From Oscillatoria sp. FACHB-1406 (lineage in GTDB: Bacteria; Cyanobacteriota; Cyanobacteriia; Cyanobacteriales; Spirulinaceae), in assembly GCF_014698145.1 (NCBI RefSeq), contig NZ_JACJSM010000001.1, forward strand, positions 24,633-88,632: DNA of 64,000 bases, written 5' to 3'. This document shows positions 47,220 to 57,656 of the stretch, one piece after another (the stretch's first letter is position 1; every line of letters starts with the position of its first letter). The notes under the pieces were generated by a model that was not told the origin of the DNA, searched no databases, and saw only the letters and a program-made list of their open reading frames with translations. Position numbers and translations under genes: made by a program.

Positions 47220-47423
47220 TCAAGAAGAAGCAGCACTTGCCAGTTGGCGAGATTCTTGCCGAACTTGTCCGTCCATTACTGCTCGCTGCAAGCGCATAAA
47301 AGCCCGTAAGTCTTCTAGACCGTATTCCGTATGCTGTAGAAGCACTCGCAAGCGCGCTTCTGCTTCTTGGGTCAGACACCCTGTCGTCAACGCCTGTTGA
47401 ACGATATCGCGAATGGAAATCAT
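47220..47423 (-). CDS. Small hypothetical protein (67 aa).
   Basis: ORF only; helical, no motif recognised. Confidence 0.25.
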   Translation of the reverse strand: MISIRDIVQQALTTGCLTQEAEARLRVLLQHTEYGLEDLRAFMRLQRAVMDGQVRQESRQLASAASS

Positions 47424-48230
47424 AGGTATGGGATGTTGATGTATCTATCTCAATCTTTAAAGTTTTGATGGAGTTATAATGATGCAACTCAGATCAAAAC
47501 AAGCATTGAATCCCTACGATTGTTAATACAGCCAAAATTCTTCCCTAGAATATAAGCCCGATCGTACAGCCCCGTTGATGGACAGTCTTGCTTGAATTTG
47601 GATGGCTTATATATAGGCTCCCTCTCCCCGATTGAGACTCTACAGGGAATAAAGGAAAACGGTTGACGCACGCAGGGCTAGGTGTTCGATCTCAGTTACG
47701 GATTCCTACAAATCTCTACCCAGTGAGAATTTAGAACGATCTCATCTTTGATAAGATCGCGATTGGAGCTTGGCTTCGCCTTCGGCTGGGAAAAGGCAAT
47801 CGCTTTTCATCGGGAATCTCTAGTGTCCGGAACATTTAATAAAACTCTATATTATCCTAAACTTTCCCAATTTGTCGCTTTTTTTTGCCAATGAGACAAG
47901 ATTAAGTTTAAAAACTAGCTGAATTAAGGCTTAGAACCCTGCTAGCGTCCAGCTTGTTGCCCGCTTCGTGCTAGCTTCACTTTTTTTCCCAGCCGGAAAC
48001 ATAACCCTTCAAAATCCTATCTCTCAATAATTTTACTGAGTTAGAAGCGATTGTTAGAGTTGTCCTAACTGGCGAAAACGCGATCGCCATACCTTCCTCT
48101 TGACAAACAAGTATTATGTATGTAGCATAAAAGTAGTGCTTTAGTTAGGAGGTCTTCGCGATGTTCAAAAAACAGAATTTTGTGACGGTCAAGTCATTCT
48201 CCCTCTTAGATTTTTCTTTACCGAACAAAA

Positions 48231-48995
48231 TTGCAACAAAACTCAAACATGAGCGAACATCGACTGGATAGAATTATCATCGAACGGCCTCGCGGTGGAA
48301 GGCGAATTAGTTCGACTCGCATCACAGGCTATCAAAAAGAATTAGCCCGAATTACGGCGGTCGCCAGCGAAGAGGGTTTGCTACAACCCTACCTCATAAA
48401 AACTCGAAATCGCACCAAATACTTTTCCGACCATCTCGCTCCCCTGCGACGTTTTCTGAATTCTAAAGTTGGCAAACCGTGGGATTTAGTCTATAGCGAA
48501 TTGTGTCATAAGCTGGATATTACAACCCTTTCCGGACAGCATATTCTCTCGCACTTGTGGGATTTCGTAGAACGTTACGTTATTTTCATTGACGGCGTTC
48601 TCTACGCTCGTCATCGTCAAAACTATCCCTTAGTACGCGGGCAAGGACAGTGGAGAAATCGATTTTATATTCACCCAGAAACGGGTGTTTTATGTCTGAT
48701 TCCGATCGCGCCACAAGAGCGTCTTCAACTTGTCGATGATTGGCTTTGGGAAGGGAGCGATCGCTGCTATCGCCAGATCGAGGGAATTTGGTACTTTGTA
48801 ACCTTTAGCAGTGCGCCGATAAAAGGCAAAATTATCGATCTTCTCCTGCAATCGGAACTGACCTACTCTACGGCTCAGCAAGAATACGGACGGCCGATTT
48901 ATGCCTGCCACAAACGTCATGCGACTAAAAAAGAAATTCGCACGATTCGGCAGAAATTAAAAGCCAGACTTAAAAGCCGTAAAAAGGCAAGTTAA
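48231..48995 (+). CDS. Hypothetical protein with a basic C-terminus.
   Basis: 254-aa ORF with lysine/arginine-rich tail (RQKLKARLKSRKKAS); no recognised domain. Confidence 0.45.
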   Translation: MQQNSNMSEHRLDRIIIERPRGGRRISSTRITGYQKELARITAVASEEGLLQPYLIKTRNRTKYFSDHLAPLRRFLNSKVGKPWDLVYSELCHKLDITTLSGQHILSHLWDFVERYVIFIDGVLYARHRQNYPLVRGQGQWRNRFYIHPETGVLCLIPIAPQERLQLVDDWLWEGSDRCYRQIEGIWYFVTFSSAPIKGKIIDLLLQSELTYSTAQQEYGRPIYACHKRHATKKEIRTIRQKLKARLKSRKKAS

Positions 48996-49250
48996 ACCCC
49001 TAAATAGCGCGATGTAAAACGATTCGCCGCGCCCCAACTTCAAAAGCTTACATCCAACGGCTGCGTTCGTTTAAACGGTTAAGTAAAGACTCCCAAACTC
49101 GCATCGGGAATGGGGGATTGATGCCCCTACGCAACAAGATTTAACGCTTTTGTTCTAACTCGCGCGGGCTTCTTCCCTCGAACACATCGAGCTAATTACC
49201 ATCCACTTTCATGATTTTTCAACTGATGTAACCCAAGGAGTTTATTTCTC

Positions 49251-50480
49251 ATGGTACGCGCTACCTTTGAACTGACTAAACCTCACGTGAATATTGGCAC
49301 CATCGGCCATGTAGACCACGGTAAAACGACGCTGACAGCCGCGATTACAATGGCATTAGCAGCGATCGGTCGGGCAGAAGCAAAGCGGTATGATGAGATC
49401 GATGCAGCACCCGAAGAAAAAGAACGCGGCATTACTATTAATACAGCCCATGTCGAGTACGAAACTGCCAATCGTCATTACGCACACATCGACTGTCCCG
49501 GACACGCGGACTACGTGAAAAATATGATTTCCGGGGCAGCACAGATGGACGGCGCGATTTTGCTGGTTTCTGCTGCTGATGGCCCAATGCCGCAAACGCA
49601 CGAACATTTGCTTCTTGCCAAGCAGGTTGGCGTTCCTTACCTAGTCGTTTTCCTCAACAAGCAGGATTTGGTGGAGGACGAAGAATGGTTGGAACTGGTG
49701 GAGTTGGAGATGCGCGAACTGCTGGATGCTTACGACTTCTCTGGCGCGGAAACTCCCATTCTTGCCGGTTCTGCGTTCAAGGCGCTGCAAGCGCTGGTGG
49801 CGAACCCCAAGCTGCAACGAGGCGAAAATAGTTGGGTGGATGGCATCTATGCGTTGATGGATGCTATAGATGCTTACATTCCCACGCCGGAACGCGAAAT
49901 CGATAAGCCGTTTTTGATGGCAGTGGAGGACGTATTCTCGATCGCGGGACGCGGAACCGTGGCGACGGGTAAAATCGAGCGGGGGACGCTGAAACCGAAC
50001 GATAAAGTCGAAATTATCGGCTCGAGCGGTTCTCGCGAAGCGGTGGTGACGGACATCGAAATGTTCCAAAAAACCGTGGCAGTCGCACCAGCGGGATTCA
50101 ATGTCGGCGTGCTGTTGCGGGGGATTCGGAGTAACGAAATCGATCGCGGTATGATGCTGGCGGCTCCCGGCGCGATCGCACCCCATACCCAGTTTATCGC
50201 CCGAACGTACATTTTAACCGCCAAAGAAGGCGGCCGTCACAAGCCACTATTTCCCGGCTATCGCCCTCAATTCTACCTTCGTACTGCTGATGTTACCGGA
50301 ACCATTCGTTCGCTGATGTCGCAAGCAGGGGACGTTGTAGAAATGGTCAAACCGGGAGATTGCGCGGATATGACAGTAGAGTTGCACCAAGCAATCGCTA
50401 TCGAACCGGGAATGCGCTTTGCCATTCGCGAAGGCGGACGAACCATCGGCGCGGGAATCGTCTCGCAGATTGTCGCCTAA
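49251..50480 (+). CDS. tuf: Elongation factor Tu paralog (divergent, outside the str operon).
   Basis: SD AAGGAG. G1 [10 protein letters not shown]3 DCPGH, G4 NKQD, G5 SAF, domain II/III blocks ([13 protein letters not shown] ... [15 protein letters not shown]). About 20-25 percent of positions differ from canonical bacterial EF-Tu. Confidence 0.8.
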   Translation: MVRATFELTKPHVNIGTIGHVDHGKTTLTAAITMALAAIGRAEAKRYDEIDAAPEEKERGITINTAHVEYETANRHYAHIDCPGHADYVKNMISGAAQMDGAILLVSAADGPMPQTHEHLLLAKQVGVPYLVVFLNKQDLVEDEEWLELVELEMRELLDAYDFSGAETPILAGSAFKALQALVANPKLQRGENSWVDGIYALMDAIDAYIPTPEREIDKPFLMAVEDVFSIAGRGTVATGKIERGTLKPNDKVEIIGSSGSREAVVTDIEMFQKTVAVAPAGFNVGVLLRGIRSNEIDRGMMLAAPGAIAPHTQFIARTYILTAKEGGRHKPLFPGYRPQFYLRTADVTGTIRSLMSQAGDVVEMVKPGDCADMTVELHQAIAIEPGMRFAIREGGRTIGAGIVSQIVA

Positions 50481-50553
50481 TTTCAACCGCGAAAAAGTGA
50501 GTGAGGGGCTGTTATAAACAACAGTCTCTCATTTCAATCGCGAAAAAGTGAGT

Positions 50554-50591
50554 GAGGGACGTTGCAATTAACAGTCCCTCTTCACCCTTTT
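50554..50591 (+). terminator. Candidate intrinsic terminator after the tuf-like gene.
   Basis: GAGGGAC-(12 nt)-GTCCCTC 7-bp stem followed by TTCACCCTTTT. Preceded by a 50-bp tandem direct repeat that carries a second hairpin. Confidence 0.35.
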
Positions 50592-50643
50592 AAATTGGTA
50601 GTAAGATTGGGATCGTTACGTTAAAGCGCCTGCCGACTCGAAA

Positions 50644-52116
50644 ATGACCAATCGAGATTTTCCCTCCTCTACCGCCGAATCAAAACCGTTACTCCCCAAA
50701 ATTAACCTCTTTACCATGTTCCGTTTGGGACTGTTCCAAATGGGGTTGGGGATTATGTCTCTCCTGACTTTAGGCGTTCTCAACCGGATTGCGATTGACG
50801 AGTTAGCCGTGCTGCCTTTCCTGGTTGCAGGCGCGATCGCTATGCACCAATTCGTCTCTCCGGCGCGCGTATGGTTCGGGCAGATGTCAGATGCAAAACC
50901 GATTTTGGGCGGGCATCGTACCGGCTATGTTTGGCTGGGTGCTGCCTTATTCACGACCTTATCCTTTGTCGCACTGCAAGGCGTATGGCAAGTCGGATAT
51001 AGCTTACAAGCAACGGGTTGGAGCGCGCAAACTTACGGATGGGTAGGGGTACTCGCTTTTATTTTCGCGCTGTACGGTTTGGCGCTGAGTGCTAGTTCTA
51101 CGCCTTTTGCGGCTTTGCTTGTCGATGTTTCCGATGAAGATAACCGATCGCAACTCGTGGGTGTAGTCTGGTCGATGTTGATGGTGGGGATTGTCATCGG
51201 TGCGATTGTCAGCGGTACACTGCTTCAACAACCGGAAATCTGCGGCGCGGCGATTATTTCTTACGACCCGACGCAAACGGGTAAAGTAGCAGATATTCCA
51301 ACTTTACAAGCGAAAATTAACCCCGTCTTTACTTTAATGCCCGCGATCGTTTTTGGACTTTGTTTGCTGGCAACTTTTGGCGTAGAAAAGCGCTATTCTC
51401 GTTATACCTCCCGCTCTTCTATTGTCGCTCGCGAAGACCAAATCACGCTCGGACGAGCCTTGCGCGTTCTCACTGCCAGCCGACAAACGGGGTTATTCTT
51501 CGGATTTCTCCTGATTTTAACCATCAGTATTTTCATGCAGGATTCGATCTTAGAACCCTACGGCGGCGAAGTGTTTGGGATGTGTATCGCGGAAACGACA
51601 AAACTCAACGTTCCCTTTGGAATGGGGACATTAATCGGGATTTCTAGTACCGGATTTTTGCTGCTGCCGCGTTTGGGAAAAAAGAAAACGACGAAAATCG
51701 GCTGTTTGGCAGCGGCGGTTTGTTTTGGCTTAATTATTATGGCGGGTTTTGCCCGGAATCCCGGTTTGTTGAAAACAGGTTTATTCTTATTCGGACTCTC
51801 TTCGGGGATGATTACGGCGGGGGCTACCAGTTTGATGCTAGATTTAACCGCAGCAGAAACGGCAGGAACGTTTATTGGGGCATGGGGTTTGGCGCAGGCA
51901 ATGGCGCGCGGACTAGCGACGCTTCTCGGCGGTTTGGTATTGAATCTCGGTAAGGTTGCGTTTGATTCGCCGGTACTGGCTTACAGTAGCGTCTTCTTCC
52001 TGCAAGCGGTTGGTATGATCGTTGCGATTTGGGCTTTAAGTTTTGTGAATATCCGCGAGTTTCAGGAAAATGCGAAGGCTGCGATCGCGGCAGTAATGGA
52101 AGGAGAGTTAGATTAA
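50644..52116 (+). CDS. BCD/PucC-family MFS transporter.
   Basis: MFRLGLFQMGLGIMSLLTLGVLNRIAI N-terminal signature of PucC/BCD-type MFS; 12 predicted TM segments. Confidence 0.7.
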   Translation: MTNRDFPSSTAESKPLLPKINLFTMFRLGLFQMGLGIMSLLTLGVLNRIAIDELAVLPFLVAGAIAMHQFVSPARVWFGQMSDAKPILGGHRTGYVWLGAALFTTLSFVALQGVWQVGYSLQATGWSAQTYGWVGVLAFIFALYGLALSASSTPFAALLVDVSDEDNRSQLVGVVWSMLMVGIVIGAIVSGTLLQQPEICGAAIISYDPTQTGKVADIPTLQAKINPVFTLMPAIVFGLCLLATFGVEKRYSRYTSRSSIVAREDQITLGRALRVLTASRQTGLFFGFLLILTISIFMQDSILEPYGGEVFGMCIAETTKLNVPFGMGTLIGISSTGFLLLPRLGKKKTTKIGCLAAAVCFGLIIMAGFARNPGLLKTGLFLFGLSSGMITAGATSLMLDLTAAETAGTFIGAWGLAQAMARGLATLLGGLVLNLGKVAFDSPVLAYSSVFFLQAVGMIVAIWALSFVNIREFQENAKAAIAAVMEGELD

Positions 52117-52550
52117 GCTGAAGGAGGCAGAATTTCGCTTAAAGCAATCTCGCTCTGGGGAAAGGCAAGGGGAGCAACTCGATTGGGTTCGGAAATGATA
52201 AGATGGCGCGTATAACCCGTTGGCGTTGGCTCGCGGAAAATATGGAGTTGGCGGTTGCGGACATCGAGAACCCAATAGTCAGAAATTCCGGCGCGGGCGT
52301 AGAGTTTATCTTTAATTTCGCAGTCGGTTTTTAAGGTCGAATCGGCAACTTCGACGATTAGATAAATGTCCTCCGGACGAGGATGGGTTTCGCTGTAGTC
52401 TAAAATCGTGCCGCGCGCGACGACTAAATCGGGTTCGGGTTCGGAGAAAAGGATAGCTTGACAAAATAAGACTAAAGTGCATTGCCTAATTTTGACTTCG
52501 AGGTTTGGGTTTAAACCAGAAATGACAATGCTCGCCCTTACATCCGCCAA
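52113..52550 (-). CDS. Uma2-family (DUF820) endonuclease-like protein, probably N-terminally truncated.
   Basis: PDLVV ... EVADSTLKTDCEIKDKLYARAGISDYWVLDV core. The PD motif lies only about 40 aa from the start, whereas typical family members have about 90 aa before it. Confidence 0.5.
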   Translation of the reverse strand: MADVRASIVISGLNPNLEVKIRQCTLVLFCQAILFSEPEPDLVVARGTILDYSETHPRPEDIYLIVEVADSTLKTDCEIKDKLYARAGISDYWVLDVRNRQLHIFREPTPTGYTRHLIISEPNRVAPLAFPQSEIALSEILPPSA

Positions 52551-52557
52551 TTTTTAC

Positions 52558-53859
52558 TTAAAACACGCGCAGAACGCTAGCAATACTAATATTATCGCCG
52601 CTTTCGGCTTTGATTTTCTCGATCGCTTGCCGGAAGTTCCCTTCGCGCACGTTGTGAGTAACGACGACAATTTCGGCTAAATCCCCTTGGAACCCAATCT
52701 GAACGACGGATTCGAGACTGACATCATTTTGACCGAAGTAAGTGCCTAAATGTCCGATTACGCCGGGTCGATCGCCGCAAAGAAAGCGAGCATAGAAACG
52801 GGTAACGAGTTCTGAAAGCGGGGCGACGCTATGGTACTCCTGATGGGAACAGCCCAGTAGCGGATTGAGGGAACCCGCAGTCTGACAGCTTTTGAGAATG
52901 CCGACGATGCAGAGAATATCGGAAACAACGGCGCTAGCGGTCGGCCCAGAACCCGCACCGGGGCCAAAGAACATCACTTGTCCGATAGGTTCGCCTTCAA
53001 TAAGGATAGCGTTATAAGCGCCGTTAACGCTGGCGAGGGGATGGTCTTTGGGGACGAGGGTCGGATGAACGCGCACTTGCAAAGCAATTTCGGGTTCGCT
53101 CTGGATTTGTTGCGCGATCGCCAGTAATTTAATCCCAAAGCCCAATTTATCGGCGTAGGAGATATCGGCGGCGCTGACTTGACGAATGCCTTCGCAGTGA
53201 ATGTCTTCGCGCTTGATGCGCCCGCCAAAGGCAAGGGAAGCGAGGATAGCTATTTTATCGGCCGCATCAAGTCCATCTACGTCTGCGGTCGGATCCGCTT
53301 CGGCGTAGCCAAGTTTTTGGGCTTCGGCGAGGACATCAGCGAAATCGGCTCCCGCCTGCGTCATCTGCGTGAGAATATAGTTCGTCGTACCGTTGACAAT
53401 TCCCGTCACGCGGGCGATGCGGTTAGCACCGAGGGACTCTTTCAGGGGCTTGATGATGGGAATACCGCCGCCGACGGCAGCTTCTTGCATCACATAAACG
53501 CCCGCTCGATTGGCAGCAGTGTAGATTTCGTCGCCGTAGCGGGCGATGACGGCTTTGTTGGCAGTGACGACGTGCTTTCCGGCAGCAATGGCTTTAAGAA
53601 TCAGCGATCGCGCCGGTTCCAGCCCGCCGATTAATTCAACCACAATCTCGATTTCTGGGTCGGTTGCGATCGCTTCTAAATCTGTAGTTATCAGTTCCGA
53701 TGGAATTGGCACGCTTCTGGGTTTATCGAGCGATCGCACGCCCACGCGCGCAATTTCTACCTCTTGCACCAGCGGATAGCGTCCTTCCGGGTTCAACAAA
53801 ATTTCCGCCGTTCCCGTTCCTACCGTTCCCAATCCGAGCAAACCGACTTTAAACGTCAC
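52558..53859 (-). CDS. hom: Homoserine dehydrogenase with a C-terminal ACT domain.
   Basis: VGLLGLGTVGTGTAEIL NAD-binding start, catalytic domain, ACT-like tail. Confidence 0.85.
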   Translation of the reverse strand: MTFKVGLLGLGTVGTGTAEILLNPEGRYPLVQEVEIARVGVRSLDKPRSVPIPSELITTDLEAIATDPEIEIVVELIGGLEPARSLILKAIAAGKHVVTANKAVIARYGDEIYTAANRAGVYVMQEAAVGGGIPIIKPLKESLGANRIARVTGIVNGTTNYILTQMTQAGADFADVLAEAQKLGYAEADPTADVDGLDAADKIAILASLAFGGRIKREDIHCEGIRQVSAADISYADKLGFGIKLLAIAQQIQSEPEIALQVRVHPTLVPKDHPLASVNGAYNAILIEGEPIGQVMFFGPGAGSGPTASAVVSDILCIVGILKSCQTAGSLNPLLGCSHQEYHSVAPLSELVTRFYARFLCGDRPGVIGHLGTYFGQNDVSLESVVQIGFQGDLAEIVVVTHNVREGNFRQAIEKIKAESGDNISIASVLRVF

Positions 53860-53990
53860 AATTTCAACGACAATCTCTACTTCTTCGCTTAGTGTAGCTC
53901 GAATCGGGGACGGGCAGCGAGTCCGAATCCGATCGCTCCCCTCCAGTCTGTTAAACTTAACATCAAAGCTATTCGAGTGCTGTCTAGACT

Positions 53991-55214
53991 GTGAACCCGA
54001 CCCCCACGAGATCGCTCTCAGACGATCTTCGCGAAGCTGCGATCGCCTGCCGTCAATCCACCCTAGCTTTATATGAAGGCATCGATGCGACGACCTTCTG
54101 CCAGCAAGCCCATCCTGAATTTAGTCCGGTCGGATGGCATTTAGGGCATATTGCCTTTATCGAAGCCTGTTGGATTCTCGAGGGCTGCGCCGGACAAACA
54201 CCCTTATTTCCGCAATATCGAAAGCTATTCGCCGCCGATGCCTTACCCAAAGCGCAACGCCAGAATTTACCGGATTTACCCATTATTTTGGACTATCTCC
54301 ACACCGTCCGAAGCCGCGTTCTAGACTACTTAGAAACCGCAGCCATCGTCCCGGAAGAACGCCTCTGGCGCTGGTTAATCCAACACGAAAGCCAGCACGC
54401 AGAGATTATCACCTTTATCCTACAGTTACATCGCACTCGAAAAGCCGATCTTCCTGCACCTCCGGTTTCCCGTTCCGCTGTTGTTACTGAAACCATTGCG
54501 ATTCCCGCCGGAGAATTCAATCTCGGCTGGGACGCGATCGAAGCCCAAGATCACGAACGTCCCTCTCGGCGGCTGCATTTGGATAGCTTTGAGATCGATC
54601 GCTATCCGGTTACTTGCGCCCAATATTGGTATTTTATCGAAGCGGGCGGCTATCGAGAGCGAAAATGGTGGTCGGAGGCAGGCTGGCAGTGGTTGCAAGC
54701 CAATCCCGTCGATCGCCCATTATACGCAGCCGATGGCGACGATTGCCCCGTCTGCGGCGTGAGTGCTTACGAAGCAGAAGCTTATGCTAACTTCGTCGGC
54801 AAGCGCTTACCCACGGAGGCAGAATGGGAAAAAGCAGCGAGTTGGGATGCGGCGCTTAGCAAAAAATCACCCTATCCGTGGGGAACTGCCCCGCCGGATG
54901 CCGGTACGTGCAACCATAACGGTCGAAGCGGACGTACCACTCCCGTCAGCGCCTACCCTCAAGGCAAAAGTCCCTACGGTTGCGAAGATATGTTAGGTAA
55001 TGTGTGGGAGTGGACGGCTTCCACGTTTGCCGGTTATACAGGATTTAAGTTTTATCCCTATCGAGGTTATTCGGAAGTTTACTTCGATGGAGAACACCGC
55101 GTTCTGCGCGGCGGCAGTTGGGCAACGCGACCTTGGGCTTTGCGGTCGAGTTTTCGCAATTGGTATCATCCCAGCGTGCGGCAGATTTTAGCGGGGTTTC
55201 GTTGCGCCCGATAA
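53991..55214 (+). CDS. DinB_2 + FGE-sulfatase-domain protein (EgtB-like sulfoxide synthase).
   Basis: DinB-like N-terminus (GWHLGHIAFIEACWIL .. HESQHAEIITFI) and FGE-family C-terminus (SPYGCEDMLGNVWEWT .. RGGSWAT). Confidence 0.6.
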   Translation: MNPTPTRSLSDDLREAAIACRQSTLALYEGIDATTFCQQAHPEFSPVGWHLGHIAFIEACWILEGCAGQTPLFPQYRKLFAADALPKAQRQNLPDLPIILDYLHTVRSRVLDYLETAAIVPEERLWRWLIQHESQHAEIITFILQLHRTRKADLPAPPVSRSAVVTETIAIPAGEFNLGWDAIEAQDHERPSRRLHLDSFEIDRYPVTCAQYWYFIEAGGYRERKWWSEAGWQWLQANPVDRPLYAADGDDCPVCGVSAYEAEAYANFVGKRLPTEAEWEKAASWDAALSKKSPYPWGTAPPDAGTCNHNGRSGRTTPVSAYPQGKSPYGCEDMLGNVWEWTASTFAGYTGFKFYPYRGYSEVYFDGEHRVLRGGSWATRPWALRSSFRNWYHPSVRQILAGFRCAR

Positions 55215-55239
55215 GCTTATAAAGTTATACATTAGAATT

Positions 55240-55492
55240 GACAATGGATAATTGATAATGGACAAAGTTCGTACAAATTAATTGCTCTTTATATTGTCCA
55301 TTATCCAAGACGTTATCCATTGTCAATTATCCATTACCCAAGACGTTATCCATTATCCAAAACGTTATCCATTGTCCATTGTCAATTATCCATTACCCAA
55401 GACGTTATCCATTGTCCATTGTCAATTATCCATTACCCAAGACGTTATCCATTGTCAATTGTCAATTATCAATTATCAATTATTCCTTCCCC
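55240..55492. repeat. Tandem array (about 4 units of about 40 bp) of TTATCCATTGTCCATTGTCAATTATCCATTACCCAAGACG-type repeats.
   Basis: Directly readable. Related short copy at 29672-29700 and inverted copy at 10721-10790. Confidence 0.85.
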
Positions 55493-55547
55493 CCTTAGCA
55501 ATTTCAAATCCAGCAGGGTAGACTAGCTAGGTGTAGTTTGAACCTAC

Positions 55548-57611
55548 TTGGCTATGTCTAATCGCCTTGCACAATCTCAAAGTCTTTATTTGCGCAAACA
55601 CGCTGAGAACCCCATTGACTGGTGGCCTTGGTGCGAAGAAGCCTTAGCCAAGGCGGATGCAGAAAATAAGCCCATTTTTCTATCGGTTGGGTATTCGAGT
55701 TGTCACTGGTGTACGGTGATGGAAGGAGAGGCTTTTTCCGATCGCGCGATCGCCGACTACCTCAACGCCCACTTTGTGCCGGTTAAACTCGATCGCGAAG
55801 AACGCCCCGATCTCGACAGCATCTATATGCAAGCCCTACAAGCCATGACGGGGCAGGGCGGTTGGCCTCTCAATATCTTTCTGACTCCTGGCGATCTCGT
55901 CCCCTTTTACGGCGGCACTTACTTTCCCATCGAACCGCGTTACAGCCGTCCGGGATTTTTAAAAGTGCTGCAAGCCGTGCAACAATTTTACAAAGTCGAA
56001 ACCGAAAAGTTACAAAACTTTAAACGCGAGATCCTCAGTACCTTAGAGCGCGGAGTTCATCTATCTCCTTTAACCGATGCTCCCAGCGATCGCCTCCTGC
56101 TGCAAGGCATCGAAACCAGCACGCAAATTGTCGGACGCAAAGAGTACGGCAGTCCGTGCTTCCCGATGATGCCCTACAGTTTTCTCGTCCTTGAAGGCAG
56201 TCGCTTTGGCATCCGTTCCCCCTACGGCGATGCCAAACAAGTTGCCCGACAGCGCGGTGACGATCTCGCTCTCGGCGGGATTTACGACCATGTAGCGGGC
56301 GGATTTCACCGCTATACGGTCGATTCCAATTGGACGATCCCGCATTTTGAAAAAATGCTCTACGATAACGGTCAAATTCTTGAATATTTGTCGAATTTGT
56401 GGAGTTACGGCTTTAAGGAGCCTTTTTACGAACGCGCGATCGCGGGAACCATCGAATGGCTGACGCGAGAGATGACCTCAGCCCGAGGCAGTTTCTATGC
56501 CGCCCAAGATGCCGATAACTTCCCCACTCCAGAAGCCAGCGAACCGGAAGAAGGCAATTTCTATCTCTGGCCCTACCGCATCATGGAAGGTTTAATGACG
56601 GAGTTGGAATTTAAGGGGTTGCAGACCGCATTTAGTTTGAGTCCAGAAGGCAATTTTGAAGGTCAGAACGTCCTCCAAAGACAGCAAAAGTCAAAATTAA
56701 CCAAAAAGCAGGAGAATGCCCTCGGAAAGCTGTTTAAATTGCGATATGGAGATAGCCGAGAAGCCCTAGTTCGGTTTCCACCAGCGCGCAATAATGCAGA
56801 AGCCAAACAGGGGCATTGGAAAGGTAGAATTCCCCCCGTAACTGATGTGAAAGCGATCGTCGCCTGGAATGGTTTAGCGATCTCCGGAATCGCTCGGGCA
56901 GCCGTAGCCCTCGATTGCGTTTCTTGGCTCAACCTCGCCGCCAAAGCAACCAATAGTATCCTCGAAGCGCAACGGGTTAACGGACAATTCTACCGCCTCA
57001 ACTACGAAGGCAAAATCGCGGTTCCCGCCCAATCGGAAGATTATGCCTTTTTCATTAAAGCCTTACTCGATATTCAACAAGCCAGTGCAGTGCTAGGGAG
57101 TAAAAGTTACCCCTGGTTAGAACGAGCCATCAGCTTGCAAGCTGAATTTGATGAATTGCTCTGGAGCGAGGAAATGGGAGGCTATTACAATACCGCTAAA
57201 GAAGCAAGTCGCGACCTGTTAATTAGAGAACGCAGCTATATCGATAATGCTACGCCCTCAGCCAATGGTATCGCGATCGCGAATTTAGTTCGCCTCGCCT
57301 TGCTTCTCGATAAACAGCAATATCGCGAGCGAGCCGGACGCGGGTTGCAAGCCTTCAGCAGCATTATGCAGCAATCGCCCCAAGCTTGCCCGAGCTTATT
57401 TTCTGCCCTTGACTGGTATCTTAACGGAACGCTCGTTCGTGCCAGCGCTGAAGACATAAAATGGTTGGCGGCTGAGTATTTTCCCAGAACTACTTACCAA
57501 GTCAGTGCGGAACTGCCTGAAGGCGAGATAGCGATTGTTTGTCGCGGCGAAGCGTGCTTACAACCGATCGAGTCTCGCGAAGCGTTAATACAATTATTAA
57601 AATCAAGTTAA
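55548..57611 (+). CDS. YyaL-like thioredoxin-domain (DUF255) plus six-hairpin glycosidase-like protein.
   Basis: N-terminal NPIDWWPW .. [17 protein letters not shown] thioredoxin-like DUF255 signature. Confidence 0.8.
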   Translation: MAMSNRLAQSQSLYLRKHAENPIDWWPWCEEALAKADAENKPIFLSVGYSSCHWCTVMEGEAFSDRAIADYLNAHFVPVKLDREERPDLDSIYMQALQAMTGQGGWPLNIFLTPGDLVPFYGGTYFPIEPRYSRPGFLKVLQAVQQFYKVETEKLQNFKREILSTLERGVHLSPLTDAPSDRLLLQGIETSTQIVGRKEYGSPCFPMMPYSFLVLEGSRFGIRSPYGDAKQVARQRGDDLALGGIYDHVAGGFHRYTVDSNWTIPHFEKMLYDNGQILEYLSNLWSYGFKEPFYERAIAGTIEWLTREMTSARGSFYAAQDADNFPTPEASEPEEGNFYLWPYRIMEGLMTELEFKGLQTAFSLSPEGNFEGQNVLQRQQKSKLTKKQENALGKLFKLRYGDSREALVRFPPARNNAEAKQGHWKGRIPPVTDVKAIVAWNGLAISGIARAAVALDCVSWLNLAAKATNSILEAQRVNGQFYRLNYEGKIAVPAQSEDYAFFIKALLDIQQASAVLGSKSYPWLERAISLQAEFDELLWSEEMGGYYNTAKEASRDLLIRERSYIDNATPSANGIAIANLVRLALLLDKQQYRERAGRGLQAFSSIMQQSPQACPSLFSALDWYLNGTLVRASAEDIKWLAAEYFPRTTYQVSAELPEGEIAIVCRGEACLQPIESREALIQLLKSS

Positions 57612-57656
57612 TCGAACTCGAAAGAATCCTGCGCCCGCGCGCGAGAAAATATTAAC

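Noticed and set aside
55282-55526. ORFs 55282..55521 and 55320..55526 (LSIVHCQLSITQDVIHC...)
   Set aside because: Encoded by the TTATCCATTGTC tandem array; repetitive translation only.
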